DNA of 64,000 bases, taken from Candidatus Nomurabacteria bacterium RIFCSPLOWO2_01_FULL_41_18 (GTDB lineage Bacteria > Patescibacteriota > Minisyncoccia > Phycocordibacterales > UBA9973). How positions within the stretch are numbered: the first letter of the stretch is position 1; every line of letters starts with the position of its first letter. Shown here one piece after another: positions 53,438 through 63,157 of this stretch. Below the pieces are notes generated by a model that was not told where the DNA came from, did no database searches, and worked only from the letters and a program-made list of their open reading frames with translations. Both the position numbers and the translations under genes were made by a program. Where the stretch lies: contig MFUZ01000006.1 of the NCBI GenBank assembly GCA_001785865.1, forward strand, positions 242,315-306,314. The letters are read 5' to 3'.

Positions 53438-54025
53438 ATGGAAAATGAAACACAGGAAATCCGGGAAGTACCCCAATCCGCCAAACAGTCATTTTGGGAT
53501 CTCGTACGTTTTGCCGTAATTGCAATGCTCATAGTAGTTCCCGTCCGCCTCTTCTTGGTAGAACCGTTCATTGTCTCAGGTAGTTCTATGATTCCGACTT
53601 TTGAAAATGGAAATTATCTGATCATAGACAAGATCTCCTATAGGATAAGCGACCCGAAAAGAGACGACGTCGTAGTCTTTCGTTACCCAAAGGACCCAAA
53701 TAAATTTTTCATTAAGAGGATCATCGGCCTTCCGAATGAAACGATAGAGATTAAAGGAAGTGTCGTGACAATAAAGAATGACGAACACAAGGACGGATTC
53801 GTACTCGAGGAACCTTTTGTAAAAAACACCGCCAACAACAATCTGGTCGTCGAATTAAAAGACGACGAGTTTTTTGTGATGGGCGACAATAGAAGCGGAA
53901 GTTCGGATTCTAGATATTGGGGAGCGGTGAAAAAAGAGCTCCTTACCGGAAAAGCGTTCCTCCGATTATTGCCGATCAAGAAGTTAAGTTTACTGCCGGG
54001 CAGCTACCGACAAACGGATGAGTAG
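53438..54025 (+). CDS. lepB: Signal peptidase I
   Basis: VSGSSMIPTF, FIKRIIGLPNE, MGDNRSGSSDSRYWG. Confidence 0.93.
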   Translation: MENETQEIREVPQSAKQSFWDLVRFAVIAMLIVVPVRLFLVEPFIVSGSSMIPTFENGNYLIIDKISYRISDPKRDDVVVFRYPKDPNKFFIKRIIGLPNETIEIKGSVVTIKNDEHKDGFVLEEPFVKNTANNNLVVELKDDEFFVMGDNRSGSSDSRYWGAVKKELLTGKAFLRLLPIKKLSLLPGSYRQTDE

Positions 54026-54083
54026 TAAATAAAAACCATGACCCATTCGAAAGACTCAGGGTCATGGTGAATAAAATTGAACC

Positions 54084-55382
54084 ATGAAGAAAAATATAAA
54101 AAATAAAAATCAAGAAGTTGCTTCGCCAAAGGGAATGAGGGATCTGATGAATGAGGAATACTATTCTTTCCAGGGCTTCTTTGAAAAAGCCCAAGAAGTG
54201 GCGGTATATTACGGATTCAAGCCGATCGACACCCCGATCTTGGAGCATGAAGAAATATTTACTTCTGGCGTGGGCGTTGGCACGGATATCATAGATAAAG
54301 AGATGTATACTCTGAAAACCAAGGGTGGCGATCATCTGGCGCTTCGCCCCGAACATACGGCTCCTTTGGTGCGCGCTTATATTGAGCACGGCATGCAGAC
54401 CCTCCCCCAACCAGTAATGCTCTACCAGTACGGCCCGGTATTCCGGCATGACAAGCCTCAGCGAGGACGATATAGGCAATTTTGGCAATTCGATCTGGAC
54501 TCGCTTGGAAACGACAAGAGCATCATGGATGCGCTCGTCATCAAAGCCGGCATGAGCATCTTGGAGGATGCCGGGGCGACGGATCTTTCTATCGATATAA
54601 ATTCGATCGGCGACAAGGAATGCCGGAATGGATACATCAAAGAACTCACCAGCTATTATCGAAAACACATCAACGAGCTCGCACCGATAGACCGCGAACG
54701 CCTGAAAACAAATCCGCTTAGAATTTTAGATTCAAAAGAAGAAAAGACAAAAGGGGTCAACGACCAAGCCCCAGATTCCATATCTTTTCTCTGCCCTTCC
54801 TGTAAAAAACACTTTAGAGAAGTATTGGAATATCTGGAAGAGATGAACATCCAGTACAACTTAAACAAAAATTTAGTGCGCGGACTTTCCTATTACACCC
54901 GCACCGTTTTTGAGATCATAGAAAAAGAAGGCGGAGAAGGCGGCACACCGCTTACCTTGGCTGGTGGCGGACGCTACGACTACCTTGCCCGCCAGATAGG
55001 ATCCAAGAAGGATGTGTCTGCTGTGGGTATCTCGATCGGCGTGGATAGGATCATCGCATCGCCCTGGTATAAAAAGCTGACGCCTCGCATAATGAAAAAA
55101 ACTAAAATTTATTTCATCCAGCTAGGCTCCGAAGCCAAGCTAAAAAGCTTGAATATAATTGAGATCTTGCGTAAAGCCCATATCCCCATCACCCAATCTC
55201 TTTCCAAGGACAGCCTGGGTTCTCAACTCGCGATCGCTGAAAAGTTGAATATCCCCTACGCGCTCATCTTCGGAGTAAAAGAGGCACTCGACAACTCGGT
55301 AATAGTGCGGGATATGTCGAGCAGATCTCAGGACACGGTAAAATTAGATAAGCTCCTCGAATACTTAAAAGAAATAAAATAA
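54084..55382 (+). CDS. hisS: Histidine--tRNA ligase
   Basis: PKGMRD, LRPEHTA, FRHDKPQRGRYRQF, LVRGLSYYT, GGGRYD. Confidence 0.97.
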   Translation: MKKNIKNKNQEVASPKGMRDLMNEEYYSFQGFFEKAQEVAVYYGFKPIDTPILEHEEIFTSGVGVGTDIIDKEMYTLKTKGGDHLALRPEHTAPLVRAYIEHGMQTLPQPVMLYQYGPVFRHDKPQRGRYRQFWQFDLDSLGNDKSIMDALVIKAGMSILEDAGATDLSIDINSIGDKECRNGYIKELTSYYRKHINELAPIDRERLKTNPLRILDSKEEKTKGVNDQAPDSISFLCPSCKKHFREVLEYLEEMNIQYNLNKNLVRGLSYYTRTVFEIIEKEGGEGGTPLTLAGGGRYDYLARQIGSKKDVSAVGISIGVDRIIASPWYKKLTPRIMKKTKIYFIQLGSEAKLKSLNIIEILRKAHIPITQSLSKDSLGSQLAIAEKLNIPYALIFGVKEALDNSVIVRDMSSRSQDTVKLDKLLEYLKEIK

Positions 55383-55389
55383 GAGGGTC

Positions 55390-55962
55390 ATGAAAAAAAT
55401 TCTGCAAAAAGACGAAAAAGTTTTGCGCCAAATAGCAAAAGAGGTTCCTTTGGCCGACATTCATACTACTAAAATTAAAAAAGTGCTGACAGAAATGAAG
55501 GAAGCCTTGGACAGCCAAGGCGACGGCGTAGCGATCGCGGCTCCCCAGATCGGGTATGCGCTTCGAATATTTGTTGTCTCCGGAAAAATATTCTCGAAAG
55601 ATTTTCCTAAAACTAGAGAAGAAAGATATTCCGATCATGCGCCCAAAAAAGAAACTAAGGAAGAAGAAAAGGAGATCAAAAAAGAGATCGAAAATCTTGT
55701 TTTTATCAACCCAAAAATTTCTAAGCTTTCGCGCGAAAAACACTGGTTATCTGAAGGCTGTCTTTCTGTCCGCCCAATATATGGGAAAACATACAGATCC
55801 ACAAAAGCTAGCGTATCCGCATATGATGAAAACGGAAAGAAGTTTAAGAGAGGCGGAGCAGGCCTCTTGGCTCAGATCTTCCAGCATGAGACGGATCATT
55901 TAAACGGCATACTTTTTATAGACCACGCCAAAGATTTAAAAGCGGAAGAATTACCGAAATAA
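55390..55962 (+). CDS. def: Peptide deformylase
   Basis: GVAIAAPQIG, EGCLS, QHETDHLNG. Confidence 0.95.
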   Translation: MKKILQKDEKVLRQIAKEVPLADIHTTKIKKVLTEMKEALDSQGDGVAIAAPQIGYALRIFVVSGKIFSKDFPKTREERYSDHAPKKETKEEEKEIKKEIENLVFINPKISKLSREKHWLSEGCLSVRPIYGKTYRSTKASVSAYDENGKKFKRGGAGLLAQIFQHETDHLNGILFIDHAKDLKAEELPK

Positions 55963-55999
55963 ATTAGATGCTGGGTCATAGCTTTTAGCTAATAGAATT

Positions 56000-56857
56000 A
56001 TGGATAAATTAAGCTTTGTATTTTGGGGAACACCCGATGTAGCCTCTGAGACACTTGAAACCTTAAAGCAAGCTAGATTTTTACCGTCTTTGATTGTTAC
56101 ATCTCCAGATGCAAAAAAAGGGAGAGGCATGCATATGGAAGCATCCCCCGTAGCCATTTTTGCAGAACAAAATAAAATACCTTGTCTTAAACCCGAAAAA
56201 CTTGACGAAGAATTTTGTAATAAACTAAAGCCTAGCTGTCTAAAGCCTAATTGCCTATTTATTGTGGTTGCTTACGGCAAAATAATACCTGAAAATATTA
56301 TAAATATGCCGAAATTGGGCTCTATCAATATACATTATTCACTTCTCCCAAAATATCGTGGAGCTTCTCCTGTAGAATCTGCGATCTTAAACGGAGATAC
56401 GGAAACAGGAGTGACTATACAAAAAATGGTATATAAATTGGATGCAGGAAACATATTAGCGCAAGAAAAGGTGCAAATATCGCCTGATGAAACAGCTCCA
56501 GAATTAAGAAAAAAATTAATTAAAATAGGTGGAGAACTTTTGGTAAAAACTTTAGGAACCCCCTCCTTCCTCCCCCTTATCAAGGGGGAGGTGCCGAAAG
56601 TGGTAGGGATCGAGCAAGATGAATCTCAAGCCACATTTTGCAAAAAAATTAAAAAAGAAGACGGACTGATAGATTTAAATGCCGATGCAGTTACAAACTA
56701 TAATAAATGGAGAGCCTATGTCTTTTGGCCAAGAACTTTCTTTTTTGTAAATGGAAAGAGAATAATAGTTACTGACGCAAAGCTTATAGATGGAAAGTTT
56801 GTGATTAAAAAAATCATTCCAGAAAACGGAAAAGAAATGAATTACAAAGTTACGTAA
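56000..56857 (+). CDS. fmt: Methionyl-tRNA formyltransferase
   Basis: FWGTPD, VVAYGKII, NIHYSLLPKYRGASP, LDAG. Confidence 0.95.
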   Translation: MDKLSFVFWGTPDVASETLETLKQARFLPSLIVTSPDAKKGRGMHMEASPVAIFAEQNKIPCLKPEKLDEEFCNKLKPSCLKPNCLFIVVAYGKIIPENIINMPKLGSINIHYSLLPKYRGASPVESAILNGDTETGVTIQKMVYKLDAGNILAQEKVQISPDETAPELRKKLIKIGGELLVKTLGTPSFLPLIKGEVPKVVGIEQDESQATFCKKIKKEDGLIDLNADAVTNYNKWRAYVFWPRTFFFVNGKRIIVTDAKLIDGKFVIKKIIPENGKEMNYKVT

Positions 56858-56884
56858 TGTATTACGTAATACATTACGTAACTT
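56847..56884. repeat. Perfect 38-bp palindrome containing the 32-bp TTACGTAA x3 core, copy 2
   Basis: AAG-TTACGTAATGTATTACGTAATACATTACGTAA-CTT. Confidence 0.95.
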
Positions 56885-57281
56885 AATACTTCGAAGTAAA
56901 AGGATTTCGTTTTGAGAGACCCTTCATCATCTTTTTGACACTGCGGGCTCCGCGATACAAGAGCGTCTGACTGCGATCTTTGTTTTTATTTATTTCGTAG
57001 TAGAGAGTGTCTTTAATGGCATCTATCGCCTGATATAAATCTTCCTTATCAGAGCTAGAATAAAATTCTTTGCCGTCTATCTTGATCAGACAATCTGCAT
57101 GGAAAACCTCGCCTGATTTATGATGATTTGTGGACTTGCCTACTTCGAAATTTACCATCACCTTTCCTCCCCCTTCTTTTATCCTGGTAAGAAGCTTTTC
57201 CAAGTTGGTAACCCTCTTCAAAACATAGTCTTTTATAGCTTCAGTTAATTCAATATTTTTACCCTGTAAATTGATTTGCAT
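56883..57281 (-). CDS. raiA: Ribosome hibernation factor HPF/RaiA
   Basis: GKNIELTEAIKDYV, DLYQAID. Confidence 0.88.
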   Translation of the reverse strand: MQINLQGKNIELTEAIKDYVLKRVTNLEKLLTRIKEGGGKVMVNFEVGKSTNHHKSGEVFHADCLIKIDGKEFYSSSDKEDLYQAIDAIKDTLYYEINKNKDRSQTLLYRGARSVKKMMKGLSKRNPFTSKY

Positions 57282-57311
57282 ACTTGTATTATATCATATA
57301 TACTTGATACC

Positions 57312-57779
57312 ATGTCAATTGAAGAAAATATACCATTACAAAATTTACGACCACCTCAAGAGTCAACCGCGCCAAAGCAAGAGAAAGGAGAAAAGTTGAA
57401 AATAAAAGTTCTTTTGCTTGATGATGATGAAGCAATGAGAATGCTTAGTGCTCTAGTACTAAAAGATATGGGTTGTTCTGTAGAAGAATTCGAAGATGGA
57501 AACAAACTTATTGAAAAATTTAAACAGGCAAAACCTAATGAATATGGTCTTCTAATCAGTGATAAAGATATGCCTAAAAGCATAGACGGTGTAGAAGTAC
57601 TTACAGCCATACATTCCATAGATAGTAAATTGCCTCTGATCTTATATACCGGTGGCCTCATTTCTTCTCAACTAGAAGAAGCTGTCGGCCATTTGGGTGG
57701 TGTATGTCTACAAAAACCTTTCAAGATAGAACAATTACAAGAAAAAGTAGGGCAAGCACTTTCTAAAACTCGAGGCTAA
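57312..57779 (+). CDS. Single-domain response regulator
   Basis: VLLLDDD, LLISDKDMP, LYTG, KPF. Confidence 0.85.
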   Translation: MSIEENIPLQNLRPPQESTAPKQEKGEKLKIKVLLLDDDEAMRMLSALVLKDMGCSVEEFEDGNKLIEKFKQAKPNEYGLLISDKDMPKSIDGVEVLTAIHSIDSKLPLILYTGGLISSQLEEAVGHLGGVCLQKPFKIEQLQEKVGQALSKTRG

Positions 57780-57790
57780 TTTATACTAAT

Positions 57791-60022
57791 CTACTCCTGA
57801 TTGATTTCCATTATCAATCTAGCTAGTAGATAAGCTATGGTCGATTCCGCACCCTGATTTAGATTTACTCCCTCTTCCTGAACTCCGTCATAAGTGCCTC
57901 CTGTCGAATGCGTATAGACCATCTGTTTGGACAGATTATTTCCGAAAAACCAGTCAAAAGCAAGCATCATTTTTTGGCGATAGATAGGATCATCCTCCAC
58001 CAATATCATCTTGTGAAGCGCGAGAATGAGAGCAGAGACTTCTTCCGGCTGCTGGTCATAGCGCTCTTTTTTCCCGTCTTTCTTAAACCAGCCACCTTGC
58101 CCGACTGGTACACAAATATCTCCTTCAAAGGACTGCTCAATCAAGAAATCAAGCGAAGCTTTGGCTACTTTGAAATATTTCGGATTCCCAGAAACGGAAT
58201 AGGCCGCAAGCAGTGCATCGGGCAAAATTCCGTTCGAATATGCGAGGATCTTTTCAAACCATTTCCATTTATCGTCGCTTGTCTCTTCAAACATATCAAC
58301 CAGAAAATCCGCATAAAATTCTATATGCTTGCGAGCCTCGTCAGTGTTCTCATGATGAGATAGATTTTCCACGAAAGCTTTGATGTAAAAGGCTGCCGCC
58401 CTGGGAGAGATGACCTTCTTATGCAATTTGAACTGTTTTTGGAAAAGAGTCGAAGCGTGTTTCTTGACACTTCCAATCTTGGTATTGGTCGATGCCACCG
58501 ACAAGGCCCAGAGGGCGCGAGCATTGGAATCTTCCAAATTTTCATTTTGATTGAGTTCATTGTGCGGATTCCTGTCGGTATTGAAATAGTTTACAAACCC
58601 TCCAGTATCGATAGAAGAACGTTCAATGAATTTGAGAAAAATATTTATGAGCGACTCCGCCTCCTCTGAGGGATACAGGTCGTTGTACCAAGAGAGAGCA
58701 ACCAACGCGCGGGCATTGTCATCCAGAGTATATCCCCATTTCGGATCGGGATTGCTCAATAAGGCAAATTGGAAGATCCCAAAGTTATCGGTCATCTTCT
58801 TGATGTGGGCAATGTTGACGGGAAGCATGAATTTATTTTTCTCCGTTGCCCTCGACAAAAATGGAGAAAATATATTCATATAAGAAAGAGCGACATTCGG
58901 CCAAGTCATATTTCTGGTATAAAGATATGCGGATTTCCCCATGTTCTCTAATATTTTTTTGTTTTCAAGCAGTTTCAAAACCTCGAGTTCAATGCTTTTA
59001 GAATCACTGAACGGAACCAGCCTGCCGACCTCCTTGGTAACGATTTCTTTAGCCTGCATGAAGGCAGTGGAAATCACCGCCCTGCCTGCGCCAAGTGCAT
59101 AGGTCAATGTGCCTGAAACTGCTTGATCAGGATTTTGTGAAAGCGCCAAATATATGTCAGTGGCCTGTAAATAGAGCAGAAGATCATTTCGAGACAGGTA
59201 CTTGTTGACAAATACCACATTTTTTTCCACTCCAAGATTTTTAGCCTGAGCTATGAGCTTGTTCCTGTAAATTTCTCCTTCTCTCCGGAGCACGACTGGG
59301 TGAGTCTGCCCCAAAACTAAATATATCGTGTTGGGATATTTTTCTAAAATTCCTGGCAGAGCCGCAATGGCGTACTCTATTCCCTTTCCGCTACTTAGAA
59401 GCCCGAAGGTGGCTAAAATAGTTTTGTTCTCAAGTTTCAACTCTTTTTGGGCAGGCAAAGTATCCACATACTGCTGGGGATGAATCCCATGCGGAGTGAC
59501 TTTTATTTTCTCCGCCTTAGCTCCGTAAATTTCAATCAGGAGCTTTTTAGACAGCTCGGTCATGACGATCTGCAGATCAGAATGACGGATTATCTTTTCC
59601 ATCACCGATTTCATTCCGCTCTCGGGGCGCGGCAACACGGTATGAAAAGTCACCGCCGACGGCTTTTCTAATTTCTCCAAAAAAAGAGCGATGTTATTGC
59701 CGTAATTTTCGCCGAAAATTCCGAACTCATGCTGAATAGACACCATTTTGACCTCGGGCATAGCATTCAGCTTATCCGCTACAGAAATATAATCCACCTT
59801 ATTGTTCTCCTCAATTTGAAAAATTACCTTTGGAGAATAAAGAGGTGCGGTGACTGGCCCCACATCCATCGCGACAACTTTGGATTCTACTTTCTCTAGA
59901 AAAAGCTCATCCGAATAGCTGATCAAGTCCGCGCTGAAGTTCGCAATCCCACACTCGCGCGGAGGATAGGTCGTCACATAGACGACACACCCTATGTCCT
60001 TCTCTTTGGTGAGAGTAGTCAT
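57791..60022 (-). CDS. GT4 glycosyltransferase fused to a C-terminal alpha-helical glycosidase-like domain
   Basis: TYPPRECGIA, IQHEFGIFG, SGTLTYA; C-terminal GYTLDDNARA, DQQP, NLNQGAEST. Confidence 0.85.
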   Translation of the reverse strand: MTTLTKEKDIGCVVYVTTYPPRECGIANFSADLISYSDELFLEKVESKVVAMDVGPVTAPLYSPKVIFQIEENNKVDYISVADKLNAMPEVKMVSIQHEFGIFGENYGNNIALFLEKLEKPSAVTFHTVLPRPESGMKSVMEKIIRHSDLQIVMTELSKKLLIEIYGAKAEKIKVTPHGIHPQQYVDTLPAQKELKLENKTILATFGLLSSGKGIEYAIAALPGILEKYPNTIYLVLGQTHPVVLRREGEIYRNKLIAQAKNLGVEKNVVFVNKYLSRNDLLLYLQATDIYLALSQNPDQAVSGTLTYALGAGRAVISTAFMQAKEIVTKEVGRLVPFSDSKSIELEVLKLLENKKILENMGKSAYLYTRNMTWPNVALSYMNIFSPFLSRATEKNKFMLPVNIAHIKKMTDNFGIFQFALLSNPDPKWGYTLDDNARALVALSWYNDLYPSEEAESLINIFLKFIERSSIDTGGFVNYFNTDRNPHNELNQNENLEDSNARALWALSVASTNTKIGSVKKHASTLFQKQFKLHKKVISPRAAAFYIKAFVENLSHHENTDEARKHIEFYADFLVDMFEETSDDKWKWFEKILAYSNGILPDALLAAYSVSGNPKYFKVAKASLDFLIEQSFEGDICVPVGQGGWFKKDGKKERYDQQPEEVSALILALHKMILVEDDPIYRQKMMLAFDWFFGNNLSKQMVYTHSTGGTYDGVQEEGVNLNQGAESTIAYLLARLIMEINQE

Positions 60023-61047
60023 GATGTTATGTTTGCTTGTTTTAATTCAGCCAAAAGTTGCGACAAGGGTCCGGTAGCCAAGCAGACATAGCGATCAGAA
60101 GCGCCATAATAGACAAAAAGCTTGTCTCCTTCGACAAATCCGCCCGTGGGGAAAACGATGCTGGAAATTTTCTCTTTTTCATAAGGCATTTCCGGGGCGA
60201 GAATATGATGCGGCAATTTCCCGATCAGACGAGTCGGATCATCGAGGTCAAACAAAGCCACGCGAGCGGAATAATAAAAAGAATCCTTTGTCTCGGTAAA
60301 TACCACATGATGATAGATGACGAGCCAACCCTCTTTCGTCTCGATCGGTGGCAAGCCCGGACCTATTTTCGAATCTCCATGGTTAGATGATTGTAAAAGC
60401 ACCTGGTGATCCTTCCACACCAAGAGATCATCAGACCAGGCGATCCAGATGCTCGGGTTCGCTGGCACGATATCGAGTTCGCATGGCCAGGACAGTGGCT
60501 GCCCGGTCGCTTTCAAGTGATCGCACCAAGACTTGTGCCAATGGTTCGGACGATGCAACATACAGTATCTTCCATTTATTTTCCTCGGAAATAGAACGAT
60601 GTCCTTGTTGTCCGAATTTTTCACCGAAATTATTCCCAGATTTTCAAAAGAAGTAAAATCTCGCGTTTTGAGCAAGGCCGTCGATGTCTCGATGTGATCG
60701 GCAAGTCTACCGTCAGACATCACCGGTTTCTCCAGCGCCACATAAGTGATATAAAAGTCACCCTCTATCTTAGTGATGCGCGGATCTTCTGTGCCCCACA
60801 TGTCAAATGATTCTTTGGGGCCGAATATTGGCTTATCTGAAACACGCTTAAATGTCACCCCATCTTCGCTCGTCGCTAAGCCTAGATGGGAAACATACGA
60901 TTCAGTCTCCCCCACGGCGCGATAAAGCATTACTACTCCACGCTCGGTACGAGCTATGCCAGGATTGAATACTCCTTCTTTTTCCCAATTCAGATTGTCA
61001 TTTGGCTCCAAAATAGGGCCACCTTCATATCTTGTTAGTGAATACAT
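60019..61047 (-). CDS. GH130-family glycosidase/mannoside phosphorylase
   Basis: VFNPG, EDPRIT, NKDIVLFP, HRP, VYYGASD. Confidence 0.85.
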   Translation of the reverse strand: MYSLTRYEGGPILEPNDNLNWEKEGVFNPGIARTERGVVMLYRAVGETESYVSHLGLATSEDGVTFKRVSDKPIFGPKESFDMWGTEDPRITKIEGDFYITYVALEKPVMSDGRLADHIETSTALLKTRDFTSFENLGIISVKNSDNKDIVLFPRKINGRYCMLHRPNHWHKSWCDHLKATGQPLSWPCELDIVPANPSIWIAWSDDLLVWKDHQVLLQSSNHGDSKIGPGLPPIETKEGWLVIYHHVVFTETKDSFYYSARVALFDLDDPTRLIGKLPHHILAPEMPYEKEKISSIVFPTGGFVEGDKLFVYYGASDRYVCLATGPLSQLLAELKQANITS

Positions 61048-61049
61048 GA

Positions 61050-61394
61050 TTAGATCCTCCCATAATTATCTTCCAGTCTGATAATATCATTTTCATCAAA
61101 AGTTCCGCCATAAGATACTTCTAAAATCAAGACAGCGTCCCTTGTGGCTTCGATCCGATGCGCTACAGTCTTCGGAATTGTAAATTCATCGCCAGGCTTA
61201 GCATTAATCTTATTGCCACCGATAGTGAGAACCGGGTGTCCGGAAATGACCCGCCAAAATTCATCGCGGTGGTTATGATACTGCAGGCTTAAAGAATTCT
61301 CTGGGTTAATAGAAAGAATCTTGACCGTAGTCGCTTCGTCGTGTGTAAATTGATCAAACTGCCCCCATGGTTTTTTTACTATAAGTGTTTGCAT
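61050..61394 (-). CDS. Mannose-6-phosphate isomerase type II C-terminal cupin
   Basis: KPWG, LSLQYHNHRDEFW, HRI, EVSYG, DIIRLEDNYGR. Confidence 0.85.
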   Translation of the reverse strand: MQTLIVKKPWGQFDQFTHDEATTVKILSINPENSLSLQYHNHRDEFWRVISGHPVLTIGGNKINAKPGDEFTIPKTVAHRIEATRDAVLILEVSYGGTFDENDIIRLEDNYGRI

Positions 61395-61396
61395 GT

Positions 61397-61885
61397 TTAT
61401 ATCTTCTTTTTATTTTTAATTTTTTTATATTTCTTTACTTTTTTCACTAATTCCGAAGAACTCTGCACTTTGCCTCCATAGCCAATGTCATTTATTATCT
61501 CACAACCTATTTTATTACAAACTAAAACTTCAGGAGTTGGAATATTGCCTACATGGCGATCTCCGCCTTTTGCAAAAATATGCGGACGAATAGACAATAA
61601 ATCTTTACTGATACTTATATCTTTTGTGCCCTTCTTGTGACTAGTTAAAATAACTCTGTCAACTGCGCTGAATGCTTCAAGGATTTCTTTTCGTTCGTGC
61701 TCGGGCATAAAAGCATAACCCTTTTTGAGTTTTAACCAATTGTCGTTGTTGAGAAGCACCACGAGCTCATCACCGAGTTTCTTTGCCTCTTCAAACATTC
61801 GAACATGACCAATGTGAACAGGGTCAAATCCCCCACTGACCATAACTATCTTTTTAGATTTTTTAGATGATTTTTTTTTAATCAT
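61397..61885 (-). CDS. Cytidyltransferase-like nucleotidyltransferase
   Basis: SGGFDPVHIGH, AKGGDR, KVQSSS. Confidence 0.85.
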   Translation of the reverse strand: MIKKKSSKKSKKIVMVSGGFDPVHIGHVRMFEEAKKLGDELVVLLNNDNWLKLKKGYAFMPEHERKEILEAFSAVDRVILTSHKKGTKDISISKDLLSIRPHIFAKGGDRHVGNIPTPEVLVCNKIGCEIINDIGYGGKVQSSSELVKKVKKYKKIKNKKKI

Positions 61886-61938
61886 ATAATTATGATTATG
61901 CTAAAATTCTAAAAATACAAAGGGGTATCCGTCTTGTT

Positions 61939-62064
61939 TTACCTACTTTTTCTTCGGAGAGCTTTCTTTGCAAGCATGGCATGCTTGATTGCCAGCCTTT
62001 TTTTAGTCTTATGTGAATGTCTAGATCTGTTTTTAAGACCCAGCGTTGTACTTCTTTTTGCCAT
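61939..62064 (-). CDS. 41-aa highly basic small protein (not in ORF track)
   Basis: MAKRSTTLGLKNRSRHSHKTKKRLAIKHAMLAKKALRRKSR fills the intergenic gap. Confidence 0.55.
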   Translation of the reverse strand: MAKRSTTLGLKNRSRHSHKTKKRLAIKHAMLAKKALRRKSR

Positions 62065-62107
62065 ATTTCCATTGTAGCATAATTTTCATCTCGTGTATAA
62101 TGTCGTA

Positions 62108-63154
62108 ATGAGCTATAAATTTTTCACTAGTTCGGAAAAAACCTGGAAATCCATGTTCCGCGCCGTATCGGAAGCGAGAAAATCCATATATTTGGAGATG
62201 TATATTTTTGATAATGAGATGGAAGAGTATGATTTCTTCACCCTGCTCCAGAAAAAAGCAAGGCAAGGCTTGCGGGTAAAAATGGTAATCGACTATTTTG
62301 GCAGTCTCAGCTTGAGCAATAAAGAGATCGCTGAACTCAAAGCCTCCGGAGTGGAAGTCCTCTCCTTGAGCCATCTGTTCTATCGCATGCATAGAAAGAT
62401 CTTGATCGTAGACGAGCAAGTCGCCTTTATCGGCGGAGTGAATATATATAGAGCCTCCAGATTTTGGAATGATCTCATGGTGGAAATCACAGGCTCTCTG
62501 GTCAAAAAAATAGTTTTGTCTTTTGCGAAGTCATACCGGGGCGCTGGAGGCAGAGACCCTCTTTTTATCGGTGATAATGATGGAATAGTAAGAACAATTG
62601 CGAGCACCTGGATCGTAGAGCATTCCCCTGTCGGAAAAAAATTTCAGCTCAAAAGGATCTACAAGAAATATCTACATGAAGCTATCTCTGAGATCATCCT
62701 CGTCACTCCATATTTCATCCCGAAGCGCTGGCTACGAGCAGCGCTCCATCAGGCAGTCTTGCGTGGAGTTCGAGTGGAGATATTGATCCCCTCGACTGCG
62801 GAACATTTCTTTCTTGACCGCTTGAATTATTTCTACATATACAAGCTTTCCAAGCTAGGTGTCGTGTTTTACATGCTGAAAAAAACAAATCATGCAAAAG
62901 CGATGATCATAGACGGCAAAGAAGCCATGGTCGGATCGCCAAACCTTGACTTTCTGTCCTTTGATTTCAATTCGGAAATAGGCATCTTCTTCAAGGAAAA
63001 AGAAGCGGTTGCCAAACTCTCTCGGATCGTAAGGGTGTGGAAAAAAGACGCGGTCTTATTCGACCACAAAACTTATAAACCAAAATGGTTCGACTACATT
63101 TTGTCGCCCATTATAAACATGCTATCTCTGTTCTATAGGCTGTTCGTGGATTAG
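62108..63154 (+). CDS. Phospholipase D / cardiolipin synthase-like
   Basis: Two HKD motifs, HRKILIVD and HAKAMIID. Confidence 0.9.
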   Translation: MSYKFFTSSEKTWKSMFRAVSEARKSIYLEMYIFDNEMEEYDFFTLLQKKARQGLRVKMVIDYFGSLSLSNKEIAELKASGVEVLSLSHLFYRMHRKILIVDEQVAFIGGVNIYRASRFWNDLMVEITGSLVKKIVLSFAKSYRGAGGRDPLFIGDNDGIVRTIASTWIVEHSPVGKKFQLKRIYKKYLHEAISEIILVTPYFIPKRWLRAALHQAVLRGVRVEILIPSTAEHFFLDRLNYFYIYKLSKLGVVFYMLKKTNHAKAMIIDGKEAMVGSPNLDFLSFDFNSEIGIFFKEKEAVAKLSRIVRVWKKDAVLFDHKTYKPKWFDYILSPIINMLSLFYRLFVD

Positions 63155-63157
63155 GGA

